A stretch of DNA of 64,000 nucleotides from Octopus bimaculoides (lineage: Eukaryota), in the NCBI RefSeq assembly GCF_001194135.2, contig NC_068981.1, positions 115,681,528-115,745,527 of the forward strand. Direction: 5' to 3'. The number at the start of each line of letters is the position of its first letter. Within the stretch, counting starts at the first letter, position 1. The notes under the pieces are model-generated. The model saw only the letters and a list, made by a program, of their open reading frames with translations. It was not told the origin of the DNA and searched no databases. The position numbers and the translations under genes are program-made. Shown here piece by piece: positions 63,896 through 64,000 of the stretch.

Positions 63896-64000
63896 TAGCG
63901 GCAGCATATTAATTTTCATCATTACTATATTAGCATCATTCTACTCACCCAAATTATCATATTCATTGTTATCACCTACTCAACCACCACCACCACCACC

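Overview
AT-rich, repeat-dense animal genomic DNA from a gapped draft assembly (six N gaps). The SINE families, microsatellite load and retroelement types look like an octopus/coleoid cephalopod genome; this is inferred from recognition, not from a search. Two protein-coding genes were reconstructed by hand on the minus strand. (1) The 5' end of a nephrocystin-3 (NPHP3) homologue: exons 5360-5791 and 638-785, with no clean continuation found in the last ~640 bp. (2) A 10-exon SOHLH-family germline bHLH gene (29567-53755, 671 aa, all splice phases consistent) that carries a CheY-like pseudo-receiver domain upstream of its bHLH. There are two tRNA-Ser(CGA) genes. The accessory content is rich. 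A GGATC-terminal DNA-transposon family (4 copies, each with a perfect 8-bp TSD) carries TTAGGG telomeric cassettes, and one copy also holds a 66-bp tandem repeat of a CCA-tailed tRNA-Trp 3' half. Three ORF1-only (HAL1-like) L1/Tx1-type elements are inserted serially into one SINE inside the last SOHLH intron. Also present: a probable solo LTR, hAT elements, CRE-, R4/Dong-, RTE- and Tx1-type LINE fragments, Penelope-like remnants with a hammerhead-ribozyme core, many SINEs and microsatellites. All family assignments come from motif recognition; no database searches were run.
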